A stretch of DNA of 63,978 nucleotides, the filler included, from Catajapyx aquilonaris (taxonomy: Eukaryota), in assembly GCA_000934665.2 (NCBI GenBank). It is 4 parts of 4 records of this genome, joined end to end, with 100 filler letters (N's around TTAATTAATTAA, not from the genome) between each part and the next. Parts side by side here need not be neighbours in the genome. Positions count along the whole stretch, not along the records: positions 16,034 to 31,949 come from JYFJ02007351.1; positions 32,050 to 47,973 come from JYFJ02007353.1; 2 more parts are not named here. One strand, 5' to 3'. The position numbers and the translations under genes are program-made. Under the pieces are notes generated by a model, which was given only the letters and a program-made list of their open reading frames with translations, was not told the origin of the DNA and made no database searches. The first letter of the stretch is position 1; each line of letters begins with the position of its first letter. Below are positions 26,391 to 37,925 of the stretch, piece after piece.

Positions 26391-27553
26391 GTGTGTAGGC
26401 GTACTCCTATTGGGGTCTTGCCGGACCTTTATTATTAATCATCAGTACAGCTGGATTCTATTTATCACGCCCGGGCCCACGGGCAGGAAGGGATGACAGG
26501 AGGGGATGTGCAAGTGCAGTGCCTTGTCCGTATGTGGTCGTTTTGTGAGCTCCCCCGGGTGGATTAGTCTGTGGAGATTCCACCCGAGACGAAGTCAGAG
26601 ACGACACTTTACTCTGCACGAGATGAAGGGGGTGTCCCCGGGTTGGGATCGAACCCGGGACCTTAACATCCGTGGGTGCGAACGTTACCGTTGCGCCACT
26701 TCGCCTCCCTTGATCAGGTTCAAAATTATTTCTTGAAGTGGTTTCTCCAGCTCCCATCCAACATGGCAAATTATTTTCTAATGCTGGAACTAGGCATTAG
26801 ACCACTGTCTGGAAGAGCCCTGAGACTGATAGGCAAACAATTGATAAAGCTGACCAACCTTCCTACCTCCCGGTTCCAGAAACTGGTATACCTTAGCTCC
26901 AAAAACCAGGCGGCGGGCTCATCCCCACACCTGAACTGGTACAGTAGGGTATACCGAGAGTTATAGGAAGTGGGCTGTGATGACTTGGAACTACTGGAAC
27001 TCTCATTGGGCGCGGGCATTCAAGTTCATGAGAAACGTATTTTAAGGGCTAGTCACCAGGCACTAACACGTTCAACCCGATATGCTAATTATCGGTACCT
27101 AGTCCCGGAATCATCTCCGCCTTGGTATTTGACCTTCTGCTTACCTCTGCCTATCACAAGGATGATGGCCAACCTCAGAAACCAATCCCCCTCAATATAT
27201 ATACGCCGCCTGAAAATTGTTTTCGATGATACACTTCCCTGTACTTGGTGTAACTCCCACGAGACTTTCTCGTTGCATCATGTCTTGTACAATTGCCCTT
27301 TATTTATTACGCCCAGGAAGAATTTTGTGTCAGATCTGAGCGTTTTTCCAGCCGATAAGACCCACCAATTGTTTGGGAACTTGCCAAAAGAGGTGGCATG
27401 CCGCCTATTTAATTTTTTTGATAACGTGAGGAAAAGGATTTATTTTAAAGGGTACTGCTATATAGGTGATTATCTGTATCTGAGAGTTGTGTCCCCCCAA
27501 GAGGGCCCTCCACTGAAACGGGGTAACTAAATAAATAAATAAATAAATAAAAT
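26270..27553 (+). mobile_element. 5'-truncated non-LTR retrotransposon (LINE) ORF2 C-terminus with (TAAA)n tail, interrupted by a SINE
   Basis: MLYGPQVWG...DQVQNYFLKWFLQLPSNMANYFLMLELG (post-RT region) and CCHC knuckle CTWCNSHETFSLHHVLYNC; in-frame stops; tail at 27528-27553. Confidence 0.8.
26336..26709 (-). mobile_element. Full-length tRNA-SINE (family A) with (TAT)n tail, inserted in the LINE
   Basis: 17-bp TSD TTGATCAGGTTCAAAAT at 26319-26335 and 26710-26726; B box GGTTCGATCCC. Confidence 0.9.
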
Positions 27554-27593
27554 AACATGCTTTACGTTAGTCGAACTCTATCTTACATTATAA

Positions 27594-28349
27594 TATGTTA
27601 CCAGCAATGTGTGAAATGCCAGCATTGAACAGAAAGCCTGGCGTTTTTAGGTAAAGTACGAAATGTCTGTCTTGTTACATACTTTCTAGACATCTAGAGA
27701 ATGTCTAAAGGCAAACTGGCGAAGTATAAAATACTCCCGCCAGTGACCTTGTTCGGTTGTGGCCAAGCATGACAACTGGCCAAAGGTCAATCCGCTGCCG
27801 TGTCATTTCGCTGCAGCCAAATTGGCTGCTGCCCTTTGGGTGCTGATTAAATAATTGGCTGCAGTCACAGTTGCTGGATCAATGGGTTGCCAAGCATCAC
27901 CAAATCGTTCAAAATGACAAATTGATTGATAGCGAGAGCACAAGTAATGATAAATCAGCGCGAGCTTGGAGCTTGGCAAAGCCACAATAACATTCGTTGG
28001 CCTGCAGCGCCACAAGACAGGCAGAAATGATACACAGCCCACAATAAGGGCCCAGCGCGCTATTGCTCACAATGAACTAACACTATCACGCAATGCGACG
28101 AACCATGCCTGCAGAGCCACAAGACTGACGGTACTGGTGCGGTCACCCCAAAGCCATACAGATGACACAAACAATGTGCACACAGCACGAAGTGACCTCA
28201 GCTAAATGACTAGGCAGCGAATTGACCTTTGGCCAGTTGTCATGCTTGGCCACCGCCAAACAAGGACCCAAGCATCACTGGCAGAAGTATTCGATACTTT
28301 GCCGGTTTGCCCTCAGGCCTTTAGGATTTCGTACATTGCTGGTAACATA
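27594..28349. mobile_element. TIR MITE with long imperfect inverted arms
   Basis: TATGTTACCAGCAATGT / ACATTGCTGGTAACATA ends and an internal inverted block TGGCCAAGCATGACAACTGGCCAAAGGTCAAT. Confidence 0.7.
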
Positions 28350-28536
28350 CGATATAAAGCACACCGTTTGTAATATATTGTACCATTTTTGAAAATTACA
28401 GCAAAAAATTTCGTTTCTTTATTGCTAAAATATCGCCATTCAAAAAATTATACCAATGGCCCTTTAATGGATGCCTACAATGTTTTCTAGACATTTCTGT
28501 AAAATATGGAGAGTATACTTGTGATATATGTCAATA

Positions 28537-29093
28537 CTAGCAGCGGTACCCGTTCTTCGCACGGGGAAAAAAAGAGCGTGGATAATTACACCGAAATCTT
28601 CTTAGATCTCAAGCAACATGAAATGCAAAACTGCTCATTCCCTTGCATATGTAGGCACTGGAAGGATGTAAAAATTCTGGTTTGTTTGCGTAATAAAGAG
28701 CCACGCAACTATGGCTATGTGGTTATCAGAAATACAAAAAGGTGGGACAGATGGAGAGAGAAACAAAGAGGAACGAAAAGAAGAGAGGAAAGACTGGTAT
28801 CTCTCCTAGTCTGTCTCCTATCCCAAAGACCTGTCTGACTTGGGCGGCCCTACCAGTAGACGAAACTACCGCCGGCATGGCTCTTCAGGATCATGGGAAA
28901 ATGCAAGCCCACCACCACGGCAAGGTGGAGATACATTGGGGGGAGGGGAAATTTAAAAAATGTGGATTAAAAAAATCGGAGAAAGTGCAAAATTTGAAAC
29001 CATTTATAGGCCTGTTTCTGTGGTAATCATAATCACCAACAAAATTCTGTTGCCACAGGCAAACTTTTTTTTGCCTTACATACGGTACGTAGA
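28537..29093 (-). mobile_element. Non-autonomous Helitron
   Basis: On the minus strand it starts A|TC, ends with hairpin CCCGTGCGAAGAACGGG then CTAG|T, and has no TSD: the canonical Helitron termini. Confidence 0.7.
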
Positions 29094-29293
29094 TTATCAA
29101 AATATGTTCTTTATTTATTAATTTATAGCAGCAAACCCATGTGTAGTGTCTGGTACATATGTTGAACTTGGTGTCAGTCAACGTACACAGATGTGATCGA
29201 AAGCGGAGGGGAAATTGGACAGTGTTATGCAATAATGGGTCAACCCACAAAAAATGTCACAATTGAGCCAAGCCCGGGAACATACACCTAAAG

Positions 29294-29515
29294 CAGAGGT
29301 TCTTAACCTTTTCGGGCCTCCGCACCCCTTTGCAGACAATATATTGGTCCTTGTCTGTTGTCGCACCTCCTTTACCAGGGGTGATTGATTACGTTCATAG
29401 TTAGACCAGTTATCTCTTGGTTAGATTAAGCCCAGAGGTGCACCTTGCTCGCACCCCCCAGGGAAGCCACCTCGCACCCCCTGGAGGTGCGGGCACCCCA
29501 GGCTAAGGACCGCCG
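29294..29515. mobile_element. hAT-type MITE nested in an older TIR element (about 29215-29690)
   Basis: 8-bp TSD ACCTAAAG; CAGAGGTTCTTAACC left end. The host element has TIR TTGGACAGTGTTATGCAATAATG. Confidence 0.75.
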
Positions 29516-30180
29516 ACCTAAAGGATCCTACTTAATTCAGTTAAAATCACGCAGGTGAAATAATCTGCATACTTCTGCCATAAATGACCGAAAAGAACAC
29601 TGAATAATTTCGCAGGTATGACCTTCAAAGCTTCTTTTCTCAAAACTGGTCTTGCGTGGGTTGACGCATTATTGCATAACACCGTCCAATTATCAAAATA
29701 ATGCAGTAGGTACCCGTTTTACACCCCTCCATTTTACGCCGTTCTACATTAACGCCGGTTTGACAATGACATCATAAAAATTTTAAATTGAAAAATTGTG
29801 ATAACGACGTGGAAATTATGATAGCTTGCTGGTTGTGAAGCGGCCAAGAAAGATTTCCCATGCGGGAAGTACCCGTTTTACGCAGCTCCATTTTACGCCG
29901 TTTCGCATTGACCCCGGTTTTAAAATTACATTTGAAAATTTTGTATCAGAATTTTTAAAAAAATATTTGATGACAACACAATCTGAACATGAAGGCATCA
30001 CTCCAACACTTCTGAGACCAAACACACGAACGTATACCTGCTCTTCTCTCCTCTGGGTTTCCTGGTGCCTTGTGGCAGGTTCTATCGACATGCACTGTAC
30101 AGTACTGTATTGTTCGGTATTGTTGATCTCGGCACTCCCCGAAGTACTCCAACCGTTAATTGTTACAATACCCTACGTGT

Positions 30181-30338
30181 CAAGGGGGTAATCACTCGAC
30201 TGAAAAGTGTGCACTGGAGTACCAAATTCAAGGAGTACCTCGGAATAATAAAGAGTGTGGCGGAGTGAGGTGCCTGAGGAGTACCAGGGAGTACCACTCC
30301 CAGGTGTACACCGGAGTACCGAAGTGATTACCCCCTTG
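30181..30338. mobile_element. P-element-like (or hAT) MITE
   Basis: TIR CAAGGGGGTAATCACT with 8-bp TSD CTACGTGT. Confidence 0.75.
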
Positions 30339-30935
30339 CTACGTGTACTGCAATTATTATTCTTGCCAACCTGCCCGTTGTTCTATTGTTTTCATTGTTG
30401 AATAATTATGCAATGTTGATTATTTTAGAACGTGAGTGAGAGAGAGGCAGATCCATCATTTGGGCTTGTTGACAGCCAGGGTTGCTAGGCAATTGCTTAA
30501 TCTGCTGAAAACCCCCCCTAGACTCAAAAAAGTTCGGGTTTGGGACTTTTCTCGGGGTCAGTGATAGGTAAGACATGTCTCTGAAAAATTTGAGCGCTCT
30601 CCGTACCCGGGAAGTGGCTTAATTAGGCGTGATAAATATATGTACAAACTTTCTCCTTTATTAATAGGGATAAAAACAGAAAGGCAGGGGTGAAGGGGAA
30701 GAGACAAAAACAATCCTTGTTGGGCTTGTTTGCCCGCTCATTCTGTGATAGCAATTCACTACCAGGTACAGGTGTAGATTTGTAATAAGGACAGCCCACT
30801 TGTGAGGTGCACACATGGGATGAGACCTGGGCTGGTTGTGGTTGGTGTGCCACTGGACTTGACTTGACTTTCCTTTTCCAGGGAGGTGCACAACAACTGA
30901 GGAACAGGACAAAGGTGACACCCATCCCATCAGCC

Positions 30936-31325
30936 ATGGAGATGATGAAGTTGGGGAGGTTCCCCTGTACCCAATGCCCCAACAGGGTGTTCAAGAGGAA
31001 GATTGACCTGATGGCTCACAGCTTCACTCACTCCAGGTGGGACAGGGTCAAGGTGGAGGTCGAGGTGGAGCCAGTGGAGCCGGCCACAATCACTTTCAAC
31101 AATGAGGAGGCCAAGAGAAGGTGGGAAGGAGGAAGAGGTGCCGTCAGGGTCAAGGAGGAGCCAGCGGAGGAGGAGGAGAAGGGCAACAGTGGCCAGGAAA
31201 CAATAAGTGACCCTGGTGCAGCAGAAGAGGAGGGGGAGGAGGGCAGAGGGAGGCATGACCCAGCCAGGGAGGAGGAGGAGGAGGCAGGGGCTGGGAGCCA
31301 TGGAGACGGAGGAAGGCAAGAGCAG
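30936..31325 (+). CDS. Probable first coding exon of a zinc-finger gene (one C2H2 finger plus acidic region); the rest lies beyond the contig end
   Basis: Acceptor TTTTCCAG at 30881, GCCATGG start context, FPCTQCPNRVFKRKIDLMAHSFTH, VKVE/VKEE motifs, phase-0 donor CAG|GTGAGA. Confidence 0.7.
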
Positions 31326-31476
31326 GTGAGAGAGCAGATTGGACATGTTCGCATCATGGGGTGAAAACTGGGGTGCCAAAAGTGATCTGAAAAAACCAAC
31401 AGTTTTAACCAACGTAAAGGACCTCAAGGATTGACTTGTCTCATGACCGTAAATCAATAATAATGATGATGATGAA

Positions 31477-31725
31477 GCGCCCTGGTCCGAAGTCAGGGTG
31501 ACTGGGATGGTATGTGCAAGGTGCAGTGCAAATGTTGTTGCTATGGCCATTTTGTGAACCCCCCCCCCCCCTTGGGGGTGGGTAGTCTAGCAGGAAATCC
31601 CACCATAGACGCAGCCAGAGATGACCCCGAACTCTGCACGAGATGAAGGGGGGAATGCCCGGGCTTGGGATCGAACCCTGGACCCTTACATTCGTCGGAG
31701 TATATGTTATCCCCATTCATCACTA
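31477..31725 (-). mobile_element. Diverged tRNA-SINE (family A)
   Basis: B box GGTTCGATCCC and body CCCTTCATCTCGTGCAGAGTT as in the other copies. Confidence 0.7.
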
Positions 31726-31949
31726 TAAATTGCCTGTTGGTTGACCTTCATCTAAAATAGGCCAGGTTAAATTAGACAGTTAATGACAGATGGTGATGCA
31801 AACCAAGTGGTACTTTCTACACTGGTTGCTCATTAATATATTGTTGAGAGTCAGTAGTAGGTAAAGTGCGGCTTAAGAGACAATGGATCATCAATCACCC
31901 GTTGACAGCTCACTTCCGGTCTAATCCATTGTTCTCGAACACCTGCTTC

Positions 31950-32049
31950 NNNNNNNNNNNNNNNNNNNNNNNNNNNNNNNNNNNNNNNNNNNNTTAATTA
32001 ATTAANNNNNNNNNNNNNNNNNNNNNNNNNNNNNNNNNNNNNNNNNNNN
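31950..32049. other. Artificial contig linker
   Basis: 44 N + TTAATTAATTAA + 44 N. Confidence 0.97.
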
Positions 32050-32200
32050 CCCTCCCATACCCCCAACCCCACCTCCCCCACCAACCCCACCCCCTGCTCC
32101 CCCTGCCCCCCCTTCTCTCCCTGTCCTGTGTAGCTTCTTGCTTCCCATTCCATTCCTCAGCTTATGTTCTGGCATTATGGGGTTGAGGCACTTTCGTTTC
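32050..32200 (-). CDS. trx: trithorax/KMT2A-like exon (end of CXXC, Gly-rich), truncated by the contig end
   Basis: TTTTGCAG acceptor; the phase-2 join with the previous exon gives ...KRACMKRKCLNP, completing the CXXC finger. Confidence 0.85.
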
Positions 32201-33269
32201 CTGCAAAAAAACAACCTATGTCAGAACATGGCCTGTAGATCCATATCCTATCTATCCATATCAAAACACCAAATGCAAGAAATACTGCATTTCTTGATGA
32301 ATCAAGACACCTATATTACTAGTACTATATACGCCAAATTGTTTCATACCCCCGGGGTATGAAACAATTTGTCGTATACCTAGGTATAGTGCTATACGAC
32401 AAATTGTTTCATACCCCGGTGGTATGAAACAATTTGGCATATATGGTACATATGACATAGCATCAAAAATATGCCAAACTGGGCCAGCAACTAAACTATT
32501 TTAGTAGTAGCACAATACATCTTTAGGTGGTAGTACAGTGCCCGACAAAATTGCATTCCCTATATGTTCCCGCGTAATCCACCTACTGTAGATGGAGCTG
32601 GCCTAGTCTTCCAGCTGTAGTTAGTTGAAGATGACTACTCATGGTGACTTATGTGAAAATAAAGTCAACTGATGCCCATTGAAAATTGCATAATATTTGA
32701 CCAATTCATGCAACCATTATGATAAAGAGGCATGTAGGCTAACAAGACCTCAGACCAACTGCCTGAGCTTATAAGAGTGGGGCATCGCTCCTGGGCTTCA
32801 CTTGGCACCTCTGTACATGGCTTCATGAAAATTACCTCCATTTTATTAATGTGATGACAATCTTTAAACATTTGGATTTATATTGAAAAAAACACAGGTT
32901 TAGGTGTCATAATAACAATTGTATAAAAAAACTTCCTATCACATGAAATTATTTTCTTATATTTTAGCTGACTTGGATTTACCCAATTCATGGAATATGG
33001 CCAATGTCGTAATTTGGTGCTTTGTGTAGTTTCCAAGGTTTTTTTAGCACCATAAAATGAGGCGAATATATTTTTTTACTAAATGCAATCCAAAAATATA
33101 GCCAAGTTTCATTCCAATGGACATTCAACAGATTTTACTGTTATAAATTGTTCGAGATGAGGAGTAACATTTAAATAGTGATTGTCAAAACTTTACAGGA
33201 TTTGATATGTCAACTAGCAGCCTAAAAATTAGAATGTGGGTAACACCCAAGCAAATCCCTATTACTCAC

Positions 33270-33784
33270 ATGCAGGCCCTCTTGAGGATGCCTGGCCCAC
33301 CGTACTTGACCATGTCATGGCAGGAAACACACATCTGGCAGTTCTCCGCCTGGCAACCAGCACACTTCCCACAACGCCGCAGTTTCTTCCACACCTTCCC
33401 ACGTAACTTGGGTTTGAGAGGTGACTTGTGCTCCACCCCTGGCACTGATGACTTGGACTCGCCTTCTGAATTACCAGGAAAAGTAGCCATGGGGTGCCCC
33501 AAAACCACTGAGGCACTGCGACACACATGCTTGATGCGTGGCCCTTTTAGCATGAGGCGCTTCCGTCCTTCCTGAACATTCTTCGAGGCAGAACGGCCCT
33601 TGCGCTTTCCCCCTGAATCATCCTTAGGGGTTGAAGCATGTCTCTGGGCCTTTTTCCGGATGTTTCTTGCAGCCCTCATTTTCACAGAATGCGATATGTG
33701 CTTTTTAACATCCGTCTTCTTACCCCGAGTCGGTCTTGATCTACTGAGAGTCTTGGATGCATCCACAGGCCTAGGTTTGTCACC
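33270..33784 (-). CDS. trx: trithorax/KMT2A-like exon with GPRIKHVC motif and CXXC zinc finger
   Basis: LKGPRIKHVCRSASVVLG is the conserved trx/MLL motif. RCGKCAGCQAENCQMCVSCHDMVKYGGPGILKRAC is a CXXC finger. Phase-0 acceptor and GTGAGT donor. Confidence 0.9.
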
Positions 33785-33997
33785 CTTGAAAGAGCAATGA
33801 ACCCATTAGTATAAAATATTAATTCATAAGTTCATGCAAGTTAAGACTGAAATTGCACATGGTTGCCCCATATTACACCTTTTGTGGCAGTAAAATCCAG
33901 GGTGACAAAACTTTGAGAACATGCACATGTGGTAGCTATACTGGCATGCTGGTATAAAGCATGGCTTTGCCTATACATCGAGTTCCAATTGAAATTA

Positions 33998-34363
33998 ATA
34001 ATAATAATAATAATTGGGTAGTGCGGACCTCATTCGAGGTATTGCACGGACCTTTATTTATTTTGCAATTTTTTTACATACAGTTTTTTTTGTCGCAACG
34101 CCCTGGTCCACGGGCGTATGGGGAAGGGTAGCTTCCCAAGGGAGGGCGCTCTCATGTAGTTTCTAGTCATTGCAGACCCTCTTAAACACCAGACCTTTTC
34201 TCCTGGCCCCGAGCAGAGAAGGGAGTGCAATTCTGCTCCGGCATGTCGGGTGAAAAGCGGAAAAAGACCCGGCCAAGCAGAGGTGACGGGGACGGGATTT
34301 GAACCCCGGCCTCCCGCTTGGCTGGCCAGCGGCGTAACCACTAGACCACCATGCCTCCCTCGC
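33998..34363 (-). mobile_element. tRNA-derived SINE (family B) with (TAT)n tail
   Basis: Head GGTGGTCTAGTGGTTA...GGTTCAAATCCC; 13-bp TSD CCAATTGAAATTA at 33985-33997 and 34364-34376. Confidence 0.85.
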
Positions 34364-35248
34364 CCAATTGAAATTACCCTTTAAGTTAGCAATTTTCGGA
34401 CACTAAACTGATTAACTTAAGCAGTTACTTTTAGTGGTTATCAAAAATATTACGATATTACCTCACTTAAAGCGGCATGCCGGTGCAGTCAAGGTCGACC
34501 AGTTTTTGGAAATGCATGATCTGGTGGCTATACCTGCATGCCGGTCTAGCGAGGTATGCTGGTATAAGGCGAGGTTTTCTTAATAACAGCATATTATCAC
34601 GATCTCTCTAAAAATTATTACCGTATTACATCACATAAAGCGGCATGCCGGTGTATCAGAGGTCAACAAGTTTCTAGAAATACACGATCTGGTGGCTATA
34701 CCGGCATGCCGGTATAGGGAGAGGTTTTCACATAAGTTACATTATCCTTTTTGAACTTGACATTTGCCTGAAAATCGAAATTCACGTAAACGCTATCGAA
34801 AAGGCACATTTTCCAAATAGGGTACCCGTACCATATATTGTTTTCAATTGCAGTGCCTGGCAATAATCTTTATTTAAACAGTATGTTAGAGCAGGGGGTT
34901 CCCCTGTCAAAGCAAGCTGACGATGGGATTGGTCACACTCTACATTTTTTAAATGCACTGTGCAACGGAACTTATATATTCTCACAGGCTAAACACTCAT
35001 TTTCATGGTAACATTATTTTAGTATGCTACCAGAAGCATTCCAAATAATTTGGCAATGATCAAAATTACGGAAATCTACCTCTGTTATTGCGGCATGCCA
35101 ACCACCCCCGGGTTATACCAGTATGCTGGTCGAACTCGTTTTATACTAGCATGTCGCTTTATGTGAGGTAATACGGTATTACTCACATGAATGCATTACA
35201 CCATGTTCTACGGTGTGGACACAGCCCATGGCACTTCTACTGCCTGAC

Positions 35249-35358
35249 CAGGGATGGAAAAAGAAGCGCTTCTTGGAAGGAAGCGGTTCTTTTTTCCAAC
35301 CCTGAACATGGAAAAAAGAAGCGCTTCCTTCCAAGAAGCGCTTCTTTTTCCATCCCTG
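35249..35358. mobile_element. hAT-type MITE inserted in a dispersed repeat (about 35130-35495; inverted copy at about 51890-52270)
   Basis: TIR CAGGGATGGAAAAAGAAGCGCTTCTTGGAAGG and 8-bp TSD TGCCTGAC; the 52030 copy lacks the insertion. Confidence 0.8.
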
Positions 35359-35976
35359 TGCCTGACACATCCCATAAGATCATTCGTTAAGTTCGAATTT
35401 CATTGCAACATTTTCAATTAAAAGTGTAAGGCTGCAAGAAGGGAAGCATACCTACCAGGATATTTCATATGTTTGGTTTGGATTTTATTATCGGAGTAAC
35501 AAGGCTTCTCAGACAAATTGATACCACTACACAAAGTGATCTGCTGGTCGCAGATCTCATTGGCAATCAGAGGATCCCTTTGTGTAGTGATATCAATTTG
35601 ATTGCCAATGAGATCTGGGACCAGCGAACTATTGAGCAAAATGAAAGACTGAGGGAATTTTCCTTGAACCATTGTCGTGTTTAGGGGGCTTCCCCTTTCA
35701 GAGCTGGCTGAATATGGGCCACCCCCGGGTTAAGCCAGCAGGGTGACCACCCCCGCGTTATACTGGCATGCTGATCGACCTCGTTTTATACCGACATGCT
35801 GCTTTATGTGAAGTAATATGGTCAATACTAATACCATATGCCCATCTTTTTAATTCCTACAAAAAATGAGCTTAATCATTCATGTTCAATGCCAATAATT
35901 GTTCCAATGAGCTATTCCCAATTGGAAATTCAGAGTTTACATCCATGCTTCAATTCAGCCTAATAGCAGCACCTAA

Positions 35977-36110
35977 GGCCCCTGCCACACTCGGCGGAAG
36001 CGGAAATTCCGTCGCATTCCGCTCAAAAAATGAAACACATGGAAGTAAACGGGATTCGGTCGGGAGGTAACACACACGATGGTTTTTCCGTCCGACGGAA
36101 TCCCGTTTAC

Positions 36111-36193
<83 letters not shown>

Positions 36194-36508
36194 GACACCC
36201 CGTGATAGGCCCGTTGGGCCTCTTAGGGGATCATCTTTTGAATAACCGTCTTTAATCATTTGCCTGTAATGTGATGGATTTTGATAGCGGGAGGAAACGG
36301 GAGAACCCCGAGAAAACCCACGCGAACACGGAGAGAACCCATCGAAACTCTATCCACATAAGTATCCTCCGTCCGACCCGGGGATCGAACTCGGGACCTT
36401 AGAGGTGGAAGGCTGCGGCGCTAACCACTCGGCCACCGTGTCGCCCCGTTTACTACAATGTGTTGATTATTTTTTAGCGGAAATTCTCCATCTAGTGTGG
36501 CAGGGGCC
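35977..36508. mobile_element. PIF/Harbinger-like MITE containing a SINE
   Basis: TIR GGCCCCTGCCACACT with TAA TSD. Confidence 0.75.
36113..36447 (-). mobile_element. tRNA-SINE with V-domain-like core (V-SINE type) and long (TAT)n tail; decayed relative at about 52640-52850
   Basis: Head GGTGGCCGAGTGGTTAGC...GAGTTCGATCCCC; core GTTCTCTCCGTGTTCGCGTGGGTTTTCTCGGGGTTCTCCCGTTTCCTCCC; TSD (CCC)GTTTACTA. Confidence 0.85.
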
Positions 36509-36540
36509 TAATAGTCTACCTTTGATCACAACTAAGAGTA

Positions 36541-37476
36541 CACTACCTGTCAAAAGTTTAGCATCACCCCCAAGCAGAGGTTTTTTGTTTGTCAAGCCTA
36601 AACGTACAGAACAAATTGAAAGTGTGAGGCATCGTTGAAAGCGCTGTGAATAGCGCTACAAAGCAAAAAAGGAACGGTCATTCTAGGTTCAACAGAGGCG
36701 CAGATATTACCTATTTTCTTTTTTTAAAAGGCTCAAAAACCTACATTTTCAACGATAATTATTAATAAATAAAGGTAATCATGACGAATTCATGCTTGAT
36801 GATTTTTATTTATGGCAATAAGGAAACGCCGAACTCGAAAAAAATTACCACAAAAATTTAAACAATTAATCACTCGAGCGGGAATTTTTTTAAACTTCGG
36901 CATTTCTTCTTATATGCACCAGACAATTGACGTATCATCAACAGCGCATAACTTGAGAACCGATACTCCTACAGAAATGAGGTTTGCACCAACCGATTTG
37001 TGAAGGTTTTCCAAATCAGCTGGTCCAAACCTCATATCTGTAGGAGTATCGGTTCTCAAGTTATGCGCTGTTGATGATACATCAATATTATTGTTGGGTG
37101 CATATAAGAAGAAATGCCGAAGTTTAAAAAAATTCCCGCTCGAGTAATTAATTGTTTAAATTTTTCTGGTAATTTTTTTCGAGTTCGGCGTTTCCTTATT
37201 GCCATAAATAAAAATCATCAAGCATGAATTCGTCATGATTACCTTTATTTATTAATAATTATCGTTGAAAATGTAGGTTTTTGAGCCTTTTTAAAAAACA
37301 AAATAGGTAATATCTGCGCCTCTGTTGAACCTAGAATGACCGTTCCTTTTTTGGTTTGTAGCGCTATTCACGACGTTTTCAACGATGCCTCACACTTTCA
37401 ATTTGTTCTGTACGTTTAGGCCTGACAAACAAAAAACCTCTGCTTGGGGGTGATGCTAAACTTTTCATCGGTAGTG
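36541..37476. mobile_element. Tc1-like foldback element, near-perfect 936-bp palindrome
   Basis: TA|CACTACC ... GGTAGTG|TA; arms of about 450 bp with a very short spacer. Confidence 0.9.
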
Positions 37477-37677
37477 TACATACCTGAAAGACCGAACTTA
37501 AAAATAAGCAGCATAAATCCAAAATATAACCAACTAAGAGGAGATATTTTAATTGGAGCACACAGTATTTTACTTACAAGAAATATGCAAAGTAAAAACT
37601 TTTTTTTACACATTGAAAATGAAGGAGACAATTAACCCTCGCCTTCTTTCCCCCACCAGTGTCAATTATTCACAAAT

Positions 37678-37925
37678 GAGTGGGTCAGGACAATAACGGC
37701 ATATCCCAACCAAGGGTCGAATTTGAGTTATTGGTAGATGTGCATGCTAGACACATCTATGAATCTGTTCCATAAGTTTGAGAGAGTTGGGATGGGCCAT
37801 TGCGTTTCTATACCCCTGTGTATGATTCACATTCCTATAACCTGTGTATGATTCCCATTCCTGTAACCTCGATTATCTCAAAATCAATTGCGATTGGGAT
37901 ATGCCGTTATTGTCCTGACCCACTC
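37678..37925. mobile_element. Sola-like MITE
   Basis: TIR GAGTGGGTCAGGACAATAACGGCATATCCCAA with 4-bp TSD AAAT. Confidence 0.7.

Noticed and set aside
30930..31550. 206-aa and 123-aa minus-strand ORFs
   Set aside because: Antisense shadows of the purine-rich plus-strand exon.
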